From assembly GCA_020536535.1 (NCBI GenBank), contig JAHLWZ010000682.1, forward strand, positions 36,899 to 100,898: a DNA stretch of 64,000 bases, given 5' to 3'. Of the stretch, positions 49,230 through 60,394 are shown in pieces. Made by a program: the position numbers and the translations under genes. Below the pieces are notes generated by a model. The model saw nothing but the letters and a program-made list of their open reading frames with translations. It was not told the origin of the DNA and ran no database searches. The first letter of the stretch is position 1. Each line of letters opens with the position of its first letter. This DNA is from Pelomyxa schiedti. Taxonomy: Eukaryota; Protista; Evosea.

Positions 49230-52200
49230 ATGGCCAATTTGGCGTTGGTTACGGCCGGCGTGCTGCTTTTGGGGCTCCGCTACGTCGTTCTCGTTCGCGC
49301 CGCGTCGGCCTACGGCGGGGCCGGCAGCGTCCCGACGTGCATCGGCCTCAATGCCGTCGCCGACGTCAACCAAAGGGACTACCCGGGCTACTCCGTCGTC
49401 TTAGTGATCAACGGCACCGTCCAGGACGGCTTCGCGATCGACGTCACCTCGTCGTCGTACCCGCCGCCGCCGCTCGGCGATTCGGGCCTGGACCGATCCG
49501 CCACCGTCTCGTTCTGGTTCGACCTGTCGCGCTGCGCCGGCGCCGACGCGTCGTCGTCGCGCGTGCGGTGGGCCGTGGCCCAGTCGGCCTCGGTCGCGCC
49601 CGACGACGACGACCCGGCGACGGCCGCGACGCAGACGTACGACGAGGCCACCCTCAGGGACACAACCGAATTGAGCGTCGCGGGGATCGATCCGGCGGGC
49701 GGCAGCTTGCTCGCCGGCGAGGTGTCATCTTTCGACGTGGAGTTCGAGTGCAACTCGAGCTACGTCGTCTCGGCGGAATTCACGTTCGCGTTCTGGCCCG
49801 AGTTTTCCGCCGGCGACGCCGACGGCGACGGGCAGAGGGACCCCGTTGCAATTGTGGGATTCGCCATCCGCTGGAGGTGTCACCACCAGGGCTGCCCTGA
49901 CTACTGTGAAATGCATGGAATGTGTGATGAACTGGGCGGACTTTGCATTTGTTACGGTGATTACTCGGGTGATGGCTGTGAAGCAGTTCTGGATGTGCCG
50001 GAAGAAATATGTCCTTATGAGCCCTTGATGATGTCCTGGTATATACCGTATGGTTTTCCACTCCTCTACCTTTTCTTTTCTTTTCTCCGAAAAATGCAGT
50101 AAATAACACAACTTCCTCCATGAAACTTATTGAACAAACAGAGCTAACATGGCAGGCCTTGACCGTCCTTTATCAACGTTGTGGTTTGGCCTAGAGGCTG
50201 TAGAAGGAAGAGAAGCCACTCCAACTATCATAGAATGGCGATATATTCTAACATGGTCAAGTGACACTCCTTCTGAAGATGACCCTCGCATCGATGAAGA
50301 TAATTCTGGTGAGGGCTATATATATACACCACTTCAACCATCAGTCTATAAGCTATATTTTGCCACTGATCTGGATTATACCCTCTATGTTGAACACTAC
50401 ATAACAGTTTTGGAATATGGCCTCTGTGGTATCGATGGCCAATGTTACAATAGTTCTTCTAGTAATACCTGTAATTTTGAGCGGAACTATGGTGTATGTG
50501 AAGATAACTATTGCCACTGCCAACCTGGGCACTATATGTATGACTGTTCTCGTGGTTGCTCAGCCTTTACAAGCTACAATGAATCTTTGGGAGTAATATA
50601 CAGTGACACGCCATCTACTTCTCCTGAAGACATGAGGTATGCGGCATTGTCAAACTGTAAATGGTTGGTCTCCATGAAGGACACTAAGTTCGACATCATC
50701 GAGCTCAATTTCACTTTTGTTGAAATTGATAGTGCTGACGCTATCACATTATTTTACACGGATGGGGAGGGAAATATTGCGGACTCATTCACCTCAATAA
50801 CTTCCCCAGTTTTAGTTGAAGTCAAAGCAAACCAGGTCATTGTACAGCTTAAAACTGGGGGATCAACCTCTGATCCTGGATTTGTAGTTGAATTCAAGGG
50901 AAAGAGACAACCGCTCGCTGCTGTTGTTGTGGGATTTATCATTGTTGTGTGTATCCTTGCAGTCATATGTGCAGTTATTGCATCCATCTTTGGTATTGCT
51001 TTTGCAATTCGTAGACACCGTAGACATCTAAGAGCTGCCCAAAATGCACCAGCTAAGTTACTACCTCATGATCTTGATCACGAGAGCATGGCAGCTGCCC
51101 ATAATCCCAGCACAACCATAGAAATATCAGAACAAATTCTTGTGGAAAACCATTTAAGAGCAGACAAGTTGCAATTGGACTTCGGCCTCAAAGTAGGTGA
51201 TGCCTTTCCTGTGGATAGCCCACTTACTGATACGCTTTCTCTGAACAACCTTGGGAGCCATCCTGTTCCTTACTGCTTCTATGTGCCTGACCAGCCACAT
51301 CTCATGCAACTACAGATTTATCCTGGTGAAGGTGTAATCCCATCTCAAGGATCTGTCAATCTTCGCGTCACATTTGCACTGCTGTATACTGCTCACATTG
51401 AGCACAGTATTAGACTACAGATTGGAGAGTCTGGGATTTACCTCCCGTTACGCTTTGAAGGTGCCGTATCCCAAAAGATAGATCCAGAAGAAATTATGCT
51501 GGATCCTGTCCCACTTGCTGCAGGTTCATTTGGGTACTTTCTTTTCAACTCCTTCCTGTTTACTAATAATGAAGTGCTCATGTTTATGCATGCTTTTTAG
51601 GTCAGTTTTCAAAGGAGTTTACCGATCTCAACTGGTGGCAGTGAAGATTCTTAAGCATCAGGAAGCTTTCAGGGAGTCAGGTATTTAATATACATTATCT
51701 CTGTCCCCGTCGTGTATTCTATGCTTGTCTGTTTTCTGATAATATCTCCTTACAGAACGCAGAGATTTTCAAGAGGAGTGCAATTTAATGCGCCAGCTGC
51801 GCCACCCATACATTGTCAACTTTATTGGTGCTTCTTTTGTTGCAGGTGTCGCCATTTAGTTCTGCCTACCTGGCATCCCTTACATATACAGGCAAGTATT
51901 GTATATGTACAGAATTCATTGATCACGGGAGTCTGGACAGTTTGTTACAGACAGATGAAGATATACCTTACCTTCTTGTGCTTAACTTTGCAACAAATAT
52001 TTCTGAGGCGATGCAATTTTTGCATGAAAGCCGGATTCTTTATCGTGTGGCTCTCAACTGAAGAGAAGAAATTCCCACTTAACTCACCCCAAGGGGATCT
52101 CAAATGTTCCAATGTGCTGTTAGTATCCACCTCAACAACCGCCCACGTGAATTGCAAGCTTGCAGGTGAGATACACCAATCTACCATGACTAACAATACC

Positions 52201-53000
52201 CTAAGATTTTGGTACTGCCAGAAATGTAGAAAACCCAGATGAGGTAATGCACTACACATGTGGGATGGGAACCCCGATATACATGGCTCCTGAGATGATA
52301 GCATCAAAGCCTTACAATTATAAGGTGTCTTTAATTTTACATCCTGAAATCAATTGCCCAAATATCCCTAGTCACAACTATTAACATAATCAAGCTTGAT
52401 GTATTCAGCTTTGGTATGGCCTTGTGGGAAATGTGGTGCCGAGAAGAGCCTTGGGCTGATATTCCATCATGGGATGTACCAGGAAAAGTTCTCACAGGAC
52501 AAAGGCCGGATATACCCAGTGACTGCCCGCGAAACTACGCAAAGCTAATAAAGAAGTGTTGGAACCAAGAACCAGAAGGCAGACTGGACTTTCTGGAAAT
52601 ATCAGAAGTACTTGAGGGGATGAAGAAAGATGTAACCGAGTCGATGAGCAACAAGCGCAGGAGTAGAAGGATATCAATGATGGTGGAGAAGAAAGAGGAT
52701 AACGTATGGAAACGGAAAAAGATCAAAAAGCAGGCCAAAGGCCATGACATAGAGATGGATGTACTTCAAGAATCCACTACAACAAAGCAACACAAAAAGA
52801 ACACCAAACCCAACAACAAGAAGAAAAGCAAACACAACAGCAAGCACCACTCCAGCACAGAACATGAGCATGAAGATGAAGATGAAGACAATGCACCCAA
52901 GCAGCCACAACCAACTACAGTACACCCACACAAAAAGAGAACTGGAGGAGGCAGCATCAAACAGAATTCCAGTGAAACACCTTCAGGCACAACAGAATGA
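49230..53000 (+). CDS. Single-pass receptor kinase: signal peptide, EGF-like, CUB, TM, Ig/MSP-like juxtamembrane domain, TKL kinase (Entamoeba TMK-like)
   Basis: MANLALVTAGVLLLG; CPDYCEMHGMC...CICYGDYSGDGC; CUB (NCKWLV, SDPGFVVEF); TM; GSFGSVF, VAVK, YRDLKCSN, DFG, GTPIYMAPE, DVFSFG. Confidence 0.92.
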
Positions 53001-53170
53001 GAGAAAAGTTTAAGAAACCAATGTAAAAACCAAAAAAAGCACTCACGAAATGAGTTTCTGTTGCATGTGTTTTACAGATTCTGTAGGTTAAAAAGCATTG
53101 AGCAAGGGTTTGCCGCAAGTACGGCACTGAGGCTGGGGAAATGAATCAGCAGCCACGAGTCGATATCCAA

Positions 53171-54496
53171 TCAGGGGATACAACAGGGAGAGGTAACCCC
53201 ATGGTAGTCGGCAGCCGGGAGTGTGGCTTGGAGGACGACCGACTGCGTGAATGGCTCCACCACCACAACGAGGGCATCATCATCATCACCACCACCCCCT
53301 TGCTGCAAAAAGAGGAGCCCTGCCTCTGCTGCCACCAGCTTGGGTCTCCTTTTCGAACGCACTCGGTTGTTCTGGCGATGCACACTGTGAATGGGTCCAC
53401 GGGACAGGTCATTGCAGTCCCAGATGCCACACAACTGCTCACTTGCGGCGGTGGAAATGGCGAACAGCGAGTCACTGAGGCTTGATACCTGCAAATTGTA
53501 CTTGGCTGGCAGAATGAAGCAGCCGCCACTGTCACCCCTCTCATGGAACCCCATGCATTTGTACGTGTGTGTTTCATAAGAGAGCATTTTCGTGATGAAG
53601 CACCTGGTTTTATCTCTCTTTGTCAGTGCAATGGCAGACACAATGAGCTGCTCAGTAACCTCACAAATGGTTTCACTGACCATACACAGAGACTTGGTGG
53701 CAAAGGTGCCCTCCGCATCAATCACCACGAATGAGTACAGGTGGTCGTCAAGCAAAGTGCCTTTTGAAACAACTGCAATGATCTCGTTTGGGTGTGACCT
53801 CTGGAAAATGAACGACCTGACCCTGTGCTCACCACACTGGTGCCTGAGCCTGACAACAACGGCTGTGGCAGCAGGCAGAGGGTCCGACAGACTCGCGAGG
53901 GTCACGCCCAGCAAGCCACCTCGCTGGAAATCAGTGTGGCCCCCGCTTGACACAAACCACCTGGAATTCACGCCACACGCAACCTTCCCCCTCTCAGGCA
54001 GTGCCGATGCTGCTGCTGCTGTTGTTGGTGGTGGAGCTGGGGCCACGAGCAACACATTTTCACCAGTGACCTGGTTGTGAACGCGAAACACGGGCTTCTT
54101 CTCCAAACGGCGCGTGCTGTCAACCCACCTCACTTTGTGCTTGGGGTTCTCTCGCGCAACCACAGGCTCTGACGTGACGCCGAGCAGCAGGGGCGACACC
54201 CCAAACGACAGCACCCAGAACTTCTCTGAGCTCCCGTAGTCGTCGTCGCTGTCGCCGTCGTCGTCGTGATCACCCTCGTCGCCGCTGTGGATCCACTCGG
54301 CCCAGAGACCGACGGCGAACAACCTCTGGGTTTCCATGACAAACTCCCACACCAACCTGACTACCAACCCCCTCGACCGACACCACAACGACCCACCCCC
54401 CTCGCCACCACCACCACACCTGAGGTGGTCAATCAAGCACAGCGCTGCAAATTGGTCCGTGGCCCGGACCGTCACCGAGACAACTGGGTCCACCAT
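53171..54496 (-). CDS. Intronless hypothetical protein, probably from a lineage-specific family
   Basis: Uninterrupted ORF of about 440 codons from the ATG at 54496; N-terminal motif RATDQFAALCLIDHLRCG...LVWEFV followed by a beta-rich body. Confidence 0.7.
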   Translation of the reverse strand: MVDPVVSVTVRATDQFAALCLIDHLRCGGGGEGGGSLWCRSRGLVVRLVWEFVMETQRLFAVGLWAEWIHSGDEGDHDDDGDSDDDYGSSEKFWVLSFGVSPLLLGVTSEPVVARENPKHKVRWVDSTRRLEKKPVFRVHNQVTGENVLLVAPAPPPTTAAAASALPERGKVACGVNSRWFVSSGGHTDFQRGGLLGVTLASLSDPLPAATAVVVRLRHQCGEHRVRSFIFQRSHPNEIIAVVSKGTLLDDHLYSFVVIDAEGTFATKSLCMVSETICEVTEQLIVSAIALTKRDKTRCFITKMLSYETHTYKCMGFHERGDSGGCFILPAKYNLQVSSLSDSLFAISTAASEQLCGIWDCNDLSRGPIHSVHRQNNRVRSKRRPKLVAAEAGLLFLQQGGGGDDDDALVVVVEPFTQSVVLQATLPAADYHGVTSPCCIP

Positions 54497-54649
54497 GACA
54501 CCAACCCCAACCCCCTCTGAGAAAGATTTTCCCCCGAAGTGTGATCGCTTTTTTACTCGTGGCCCTCTAACCGTACGGCCGCGCGCAACACCCACCCAAC
54601 CGCAGCACCAACACTATTATTTTTTCAAGAGATTATTCTGTTCACCCAC

Positions 54650-57344
54650 ATGGGTAACAACAGCACAACCAGTAACAGTACGGGCGCCAATAGGCAACAA
54701 GGGGCTCTTTGGTACCAACATGATACACTCAACACGGCGTTACGGCAACGTGACCAGTTCTTCGAGAACTTGGCTTTGTCTGCGGCGCAAAGGGACTTGA
54801 CCACTACAACCACTAGTGTCATTGTCTCCAATAACTTCAAGCTGGTCAGGTGTATCACCCACGGCTGTAATGGTGATTCTAACCCCCAGTGTGTCTTCTT
54901 CATTTCGCGCTTCTCAAAAACCAAGGTATCATTTATGAAGTGAAGTGCATTGGAACCGGGCACCCCGTTTTCTTCCAAGACCAGTCATATGTACTCAAAG
55001 TGCCGTTTAATTTCGGCCAGGAAACTTCTACAATTTTGAAGAGAAATCCCTTTGAAGTACGTTTTCCTCTCATTAAAAAGAATATTTCATACACTTAAAC
55101 CTGAGAGCTAACTTCTTACATTATACTACTTTTTCCTGCACCTCTGGGGGAAAAAAAAAGAACGAGTTCCTGATTTCGTCAAGCATTGAGGAACATCCCA
55201 ACATCAACCGATATTTCTGTCACTTTACAGATCGGCTATCAAAAGAGTATTTCGTGCACTTTCCCCAAGCTTTGAAAGACTTGGCATTCAACGTGGAGAG
55301 GAATAAGTTTCACCCATTTGTGTGGATTGTTTTTGAACACCACAAAGAGACCTTGAAAACTTTCCTACCAAGTGTTCCAACACCAACGCCATGGAGTATT
55401 GTTTACAAGTATTCCAGAGATATCAGTGCAGCCCTTGCTGCTCTCTTTGCGAACCAAATAGTCCATTTTGATGTTAAGACAGACAACATTGTCTTATCAT
55501 CTGTATGTAATTTCTCAAGATCAAAAAATATCATTTGTAACAATCCAACTTAAAAGGATAAAGAACGGATAATCCTTATTGACCTGGGGTGTGCTTTGCG
55601 TTTCAACAGTTATTTGTTTGAAAAGGATACTGGGTCTCTTTTCTATGGAAACCAACAACACATTGCTCCTGACATTCTGAATGGAAAAGCACAGTTTACT
55701 GCCAACCCTCGTGCAAATGCAATCATGAAATGTGATAAAGTAGCAATCTTTGAATCCATAGAATTGCTCACATAATGCCAGCAACCATCATTTGAATTGG
55801 GTTGCATTCTATTCGAGCTTGCCATGCACCAACACCCATTTGGTGAGTACCCAACTGTATGTGGCCCATCAGGGCGCATACATTACTCATTTGAAAATCA
55901 AAGCTCATTTCCTTTGCAACCACCTGCATTCCCATCTGAGTTCTGCTCCATTGTTCAAGGATTACTTCAATTTGAACCTTCTAAGAGGACCTCACTTTTG
56001 ACTGCTTCTAAGGCTTTGCAGAATATGAGTCCTCCTGCTGCATTGGAACAGGTGAAATTCTACACATACATCTCAAGCCCACCTGAAGTTGGTGTGTGAA
56101 ATAAATAATGCCTAGATACAGACAGTAATATGGGTGCAAAACAAAACAAAAAAAGGTGCCAGGGCTGTGCACTTCACAATGAAGGCAATGTGCCACCTGC
56201 AATGTGATGATGGAGACATCACTGCAGGTCTGTCGGCGGTTTATGAAGCTCTGAAAGTGGAACCATTTTTCTCACCAGCACTGCTGCTATTGATGCATCT
56301 TTTTCTTGACCGCTCCAAACATACAGACCTCCCTGGTCAACTTGTTTTGACTTCACAAGAGAAAGATGCCATTAACTCCATTCTCTCTGGGAAACCCAAG
56401 TTCACACCGGCAGATATATCTTTGCTGAGCTGCATTTACCACAAGACCACAATACCCGACATGTTGTTGAGACTACTGCTTATGAAACACATCTTTAAAG
56501 CTGATATCTTAGATGACCTCAACAACCTTTCAAGGCATTTACATGAACCATCACTGTTGGCAGCAATGTTACATTCCTTGAGAAACTCCTCATTTTCTGT
56601 TGAGATCCCAAGTGTTATTGTGCCCACCACACTCAATGACCATGCCAGTGGTGAAGTATATGTGAAAGTATGTGTAGTGAATGAAGAATATGCAGGGAAA
56701 ACAGCCTTAGTTGGTCGGTTTGTAACAGGGAAATTTTTTGATACAGAAGCCACTCTTGGTGTAGCATTTTCCTCAAAACAAGTAGACATTCATGGGATAA
56801 ACTGTGTGCTTCAAATTTATGGTACACAACCCTCTCAAGTCATGTAAACCTTGTGTTTATCTTTTTCAAGATACAGCTGGGCATCGTAGGTACAGAGAGA
56901 GTGTAAGATTTACTTCATGATTTATTTCCCTCCAACTTGCTAGTAGAATAAAATCTATGCTCAGCATTGCTCTGTGTTAATCTTTGTTTATAGTACCACT
57001 TCAATTGCAGAATTTAGAGCTATACCAGAAGTTGTAGAAGCATATCACACACATTGCCCAGGTGCACAGGTGTGTTCTGCATGCCTTCTTACATACATAA
57101 TACACATTGTGTTGTACAGGTGATCCTTTGTGGCACTAAAATGGATTTGAAATCACAAAGACAAGTGGAACAACAAGATGGCAGGGATATGGCCACAGCC
57201 ATTGGTGCTTCTGCCTGGATTGAAACTTCAGCCTACACTGGTGAGAATGTAGACCAGTTGTTCCACCTTGCTGCACTTTGTGGCCTTCAGGTTTTGAAAG
57301 ATAAAAGGGATATAGGTGCACCCAAATCCTCCAAGACAAGCTAA
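54650..57344 (+). CDS. Kinase with PINK1-like motifs and a predicted N-myristoylation site, fused via a helical/TPR-like linker to a C-terminal Rab-like GTPase domain; 9 exons
   Basis: MGNNST; ITHGCNGIIYE; VLKVPFNF; HPNINRYFCHFTD; VHFDVKTDNI; DLGCAL; GNQQHIAPD; then NEEYAGKT, ATLGVAF, YDTAGH, GTKMD, ETSA. Confidence 0.88.
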
Positions 57345-57555
57345 AGAAAAATAGCTTTAAATACACCAATACTAATGCTCTTTTTATTCTTATGTATCCC
57401 ATGTCTTTATTTGTTTAGCAAAGAACCCTAAAAATGGGTAGATGAATGCAAAAGAGCAAGAAAAACCATCTCCTTGGTGAAAAGTAATGTTGTTTTGACA
57501 AGAACAAGTGGACTCTGTTGGTTGGTTGGTAGAAAAGGGTTTGGGTCTGGTCTCA

Positions 57556-57800
57556 TCACATCAAGATGGCTGATGTCGTGGCACTTCCTTGCAGCCTTTC
57601 CTTCCTTGCAGGCCACGCGCAGAGCGGTTCTGCCGCGGCACCAAGAGCCTCCCGTGTGGTTCCTTGGGCGACTCGAGCACGGCGGCCATGGCCTGGAGGC
57701 GGCCGTCGCGTGCAGCGGGTAGTCGAGAACGGGGCCAGCAGCTGCTTGACCAGGTCCAGGTGCCCGTAGCCGCACGCGATGACCATGCATGAGCATTCGT
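57556..57800 (-). pseudogene. Ankyrin-repeat remnant, frameshifted
   Basis: IACGYGHLDLVKQLL in one frame and RTALRVACKEG in another; local duplication of CTGCAAGGAAG; no intact gene model. Confidence 0.5.
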
Positions 57801-57946
57801 GTAATCTGCAGACACAAGTACACTAGTGTGTGAATTGTGGAGGTGTGCTTCACATGTTGTGTTGGTGTGCTTTGTATTGTACGTTCTTACACAAGCTTGT
57901 TTGGCTCATTCCAAAGGTAAGTCCGTGAGACCATTTATTTTTCAAT

Positions 57947-60268
57947 TCAGAAAACACCTGGATTGAACCCACACCTGTCATATTGCTCTAGTATTTCAGT
58001 TTGGATTGTGTTCACAATGTTGTGTGAAATGTTGTCATCCAGCAGGTAGTTGTGGGGTCCATCAAACCTGTGTTGTTTGGTGTAACAAATGTGAGGAATG
58101 ATGCGGGGTGCATACACAGTGGGGCCAATGAGAGGTTGTGTTGTGTGCTCTTGCCAGGCTGCCATGTTGGCCACTGTGAGGGTTTTATCTTGGCCGCCTA
58201 CAAATGCGTGTATTGGGCAGTTGAATGGTGTGGTTTCATCTTGCACATATTGAAACCTTTCATATGCAACATTGTCAGCCTTGACAACTAGGGGAAAATT
58301 AACAATTATGCCTCTCAAGAGTTTTATCAACTTGCCTGCAATTAACGTTGAAACAGCTTCAGGTTTTTCTGCAACAAGTTTCTTCAAGCTGTGGTCTTCA
58401 TACTTGGCCGACAATGCCAGAGCAAATTTCTTTTGACGATTAGAAATTAATTGCCACTGCCAGTTCATACCATTGGGTCATCAATGATGGATAGTCTCTT
58501 TTCTGGTCTCTTTGGATCTTTAAGGTGGGCCGCCTTCCTACCACTTAAAAATAGTGCCAGTGGTTCAACTAATTCAGGTTGAATGCGTTTCATCTGTCTG
58601 GAGACTTCAAATCCAAGCAGTGCTCCCATGCTTTGACCAAAAATGGCATAAGGCCTGTCAATATAATGTATTATGACTGTTGCAATTTCCTGCCAAAGTA
58701 AATACGTATGGAAAGAAACATGTGGGCAGAGGTACCTTCACAAGTTGATCGAAATCAGTTCTAAGTTGTTCTGTATATCTTGAAAAGTGTCCAGGAAGTT
58801 CAATAGAGCAAACCCGGATGTTGGAATCAAACCAGGCATCCCACTTTTTGAAGTCTGAAATGGCTTAAGACTAAAGCAAGCTAGGGTATTACCAGTGTAG
58901 TTTCCACCCCCTCCATGAAAGCAGAACAAGTACACTTGAGGATCATATTTTGGAGGCCCATCAAAGCTTCCTACCCAGGGAGGTCGGGGTTCAACATTTC
59001 CAGGGTACAGAGTTCCAGGGCTTCTAGTTGTAATTGGGAGACCAGCAGGTGTTTTAGGAATTGTCACAGGGGTATTTGGCATCGTGGAAGTAACTGCTGC
59101 TGTATCAGTGGCTATTGTAAGTTGGTCTGTTGAAATCACAAGTTTTTGTGATCTATCTTCATTTCCTGTCCTTCGTCTCTTTGGGTCGTTCATTTGCACT
59201 GAATCATCCTGTATTGTGACCTGTGTGCCACAAGAAGAAGGGAGATGTTCTGGATCGCCAGTGGAAAGTTTACGTTGCAGAACCCACTTCAAGGCTCCAG
59301 CCAAAGTTTCCTGTGCAGGTCCACTTGACTTTTCAGGATGGGTGCCAAAGAGTACAACTCTTCCAGCACCAATGCTTTCAGACACAATGGCACCAGTTCC
59401 AATCATTTTTGGGGCAACAGTTCTAGAAACTTCAGAAGTGAAGTTTCCAAGAATATCACATTTTGATGAACTGGAAGCAAAAAGAGGTCCATTCATGTAG
59501 TTCATTTGAAGTGACATGCCTTTAGACCCACCTTCACCCAGCAAGAGAGAACACCCTTGTGTGGTGAGGAGTACCTGTTACATTTTACTCAGGGCGAATA
59601 TCAGGAAGAATAGAAGTACCTCGACATCTCCTGAGCCTCTTTCCCAGTGGTCCTGGTCAACACATGTGCAATCAACAAGGCCCCAGAAAAGCTTTGAGGC
59701 AAGATATGCCCCAGCACAAATTCCAATGAATCCTCCTCCCCTCTCCACGAATTCTCGTATCTAATTTGTTTGGGAGTGTACTATTTGCTAAAAGGGGGGT
59801 ACCTTATCACGACCCTTGTCAAACTGCATGGACTTGGCATACTGTGGAGCCATTCCACCACACACAACAATGCAGTCATACCCAAGCAATCCCCCCAAAG
59901 AAGCAACTGTACTTGCACTCACTTGTTTGACCTTCCACAGGCCTTCCCCTGTTCCATGTAACATACCCCCCAAGTCAAATAATAATTACAACATATAACA
60001 TGACGCAGCAACACCTTCACGAAAGCGCACAAGCAAAAACAAAAAAAAAAAAAACGGCATGGGAGGAGGGAAGAAGAGCCACAGTTCTCTCTTGGAGCAC
60101 AGTACCCTTGCTGGTCAACAACTTTGTAGTGCGGTCCACGCTATCAACCTCCAAGGGCAGCCTCATCACTGGTCCGACAACACCAACAACAACAGCACGT
60201 TGTGGCACTTTCAGTGGTGGCGACGCCGACGAAGGCGAACAACAAGTCGATGATGCCGACATTACCAT
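57947..60268 (-). CDS. Fusion of a class I glutamine amidotransferase-like (BPL_N-type) domain and a type II thioesterase (GrsT/RifR/OLAH family)
   Basis: YDCIVVCGG, IREFVERGGGFIGICAGAYLA, YMNGP, GRVVLFGTHPE; then LFCFHGGGG, IELPGH, IFGQSMGALLGFE, FLSGR, VKAD, GGQD, FDGPHNYL. Confidence 0.9.
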
Positions 60269-60394
60269 GACGCCGGTCTGCCTATACCCGGGTTGCGTTT
60301 GACGAAAACCAAAAATAGAAAGACCTTTGAACATAGAAATGGCCCGAGACCAGCCTCCATGAAGGTATGGCATCACCTGGCAGTGCAAGACGCA

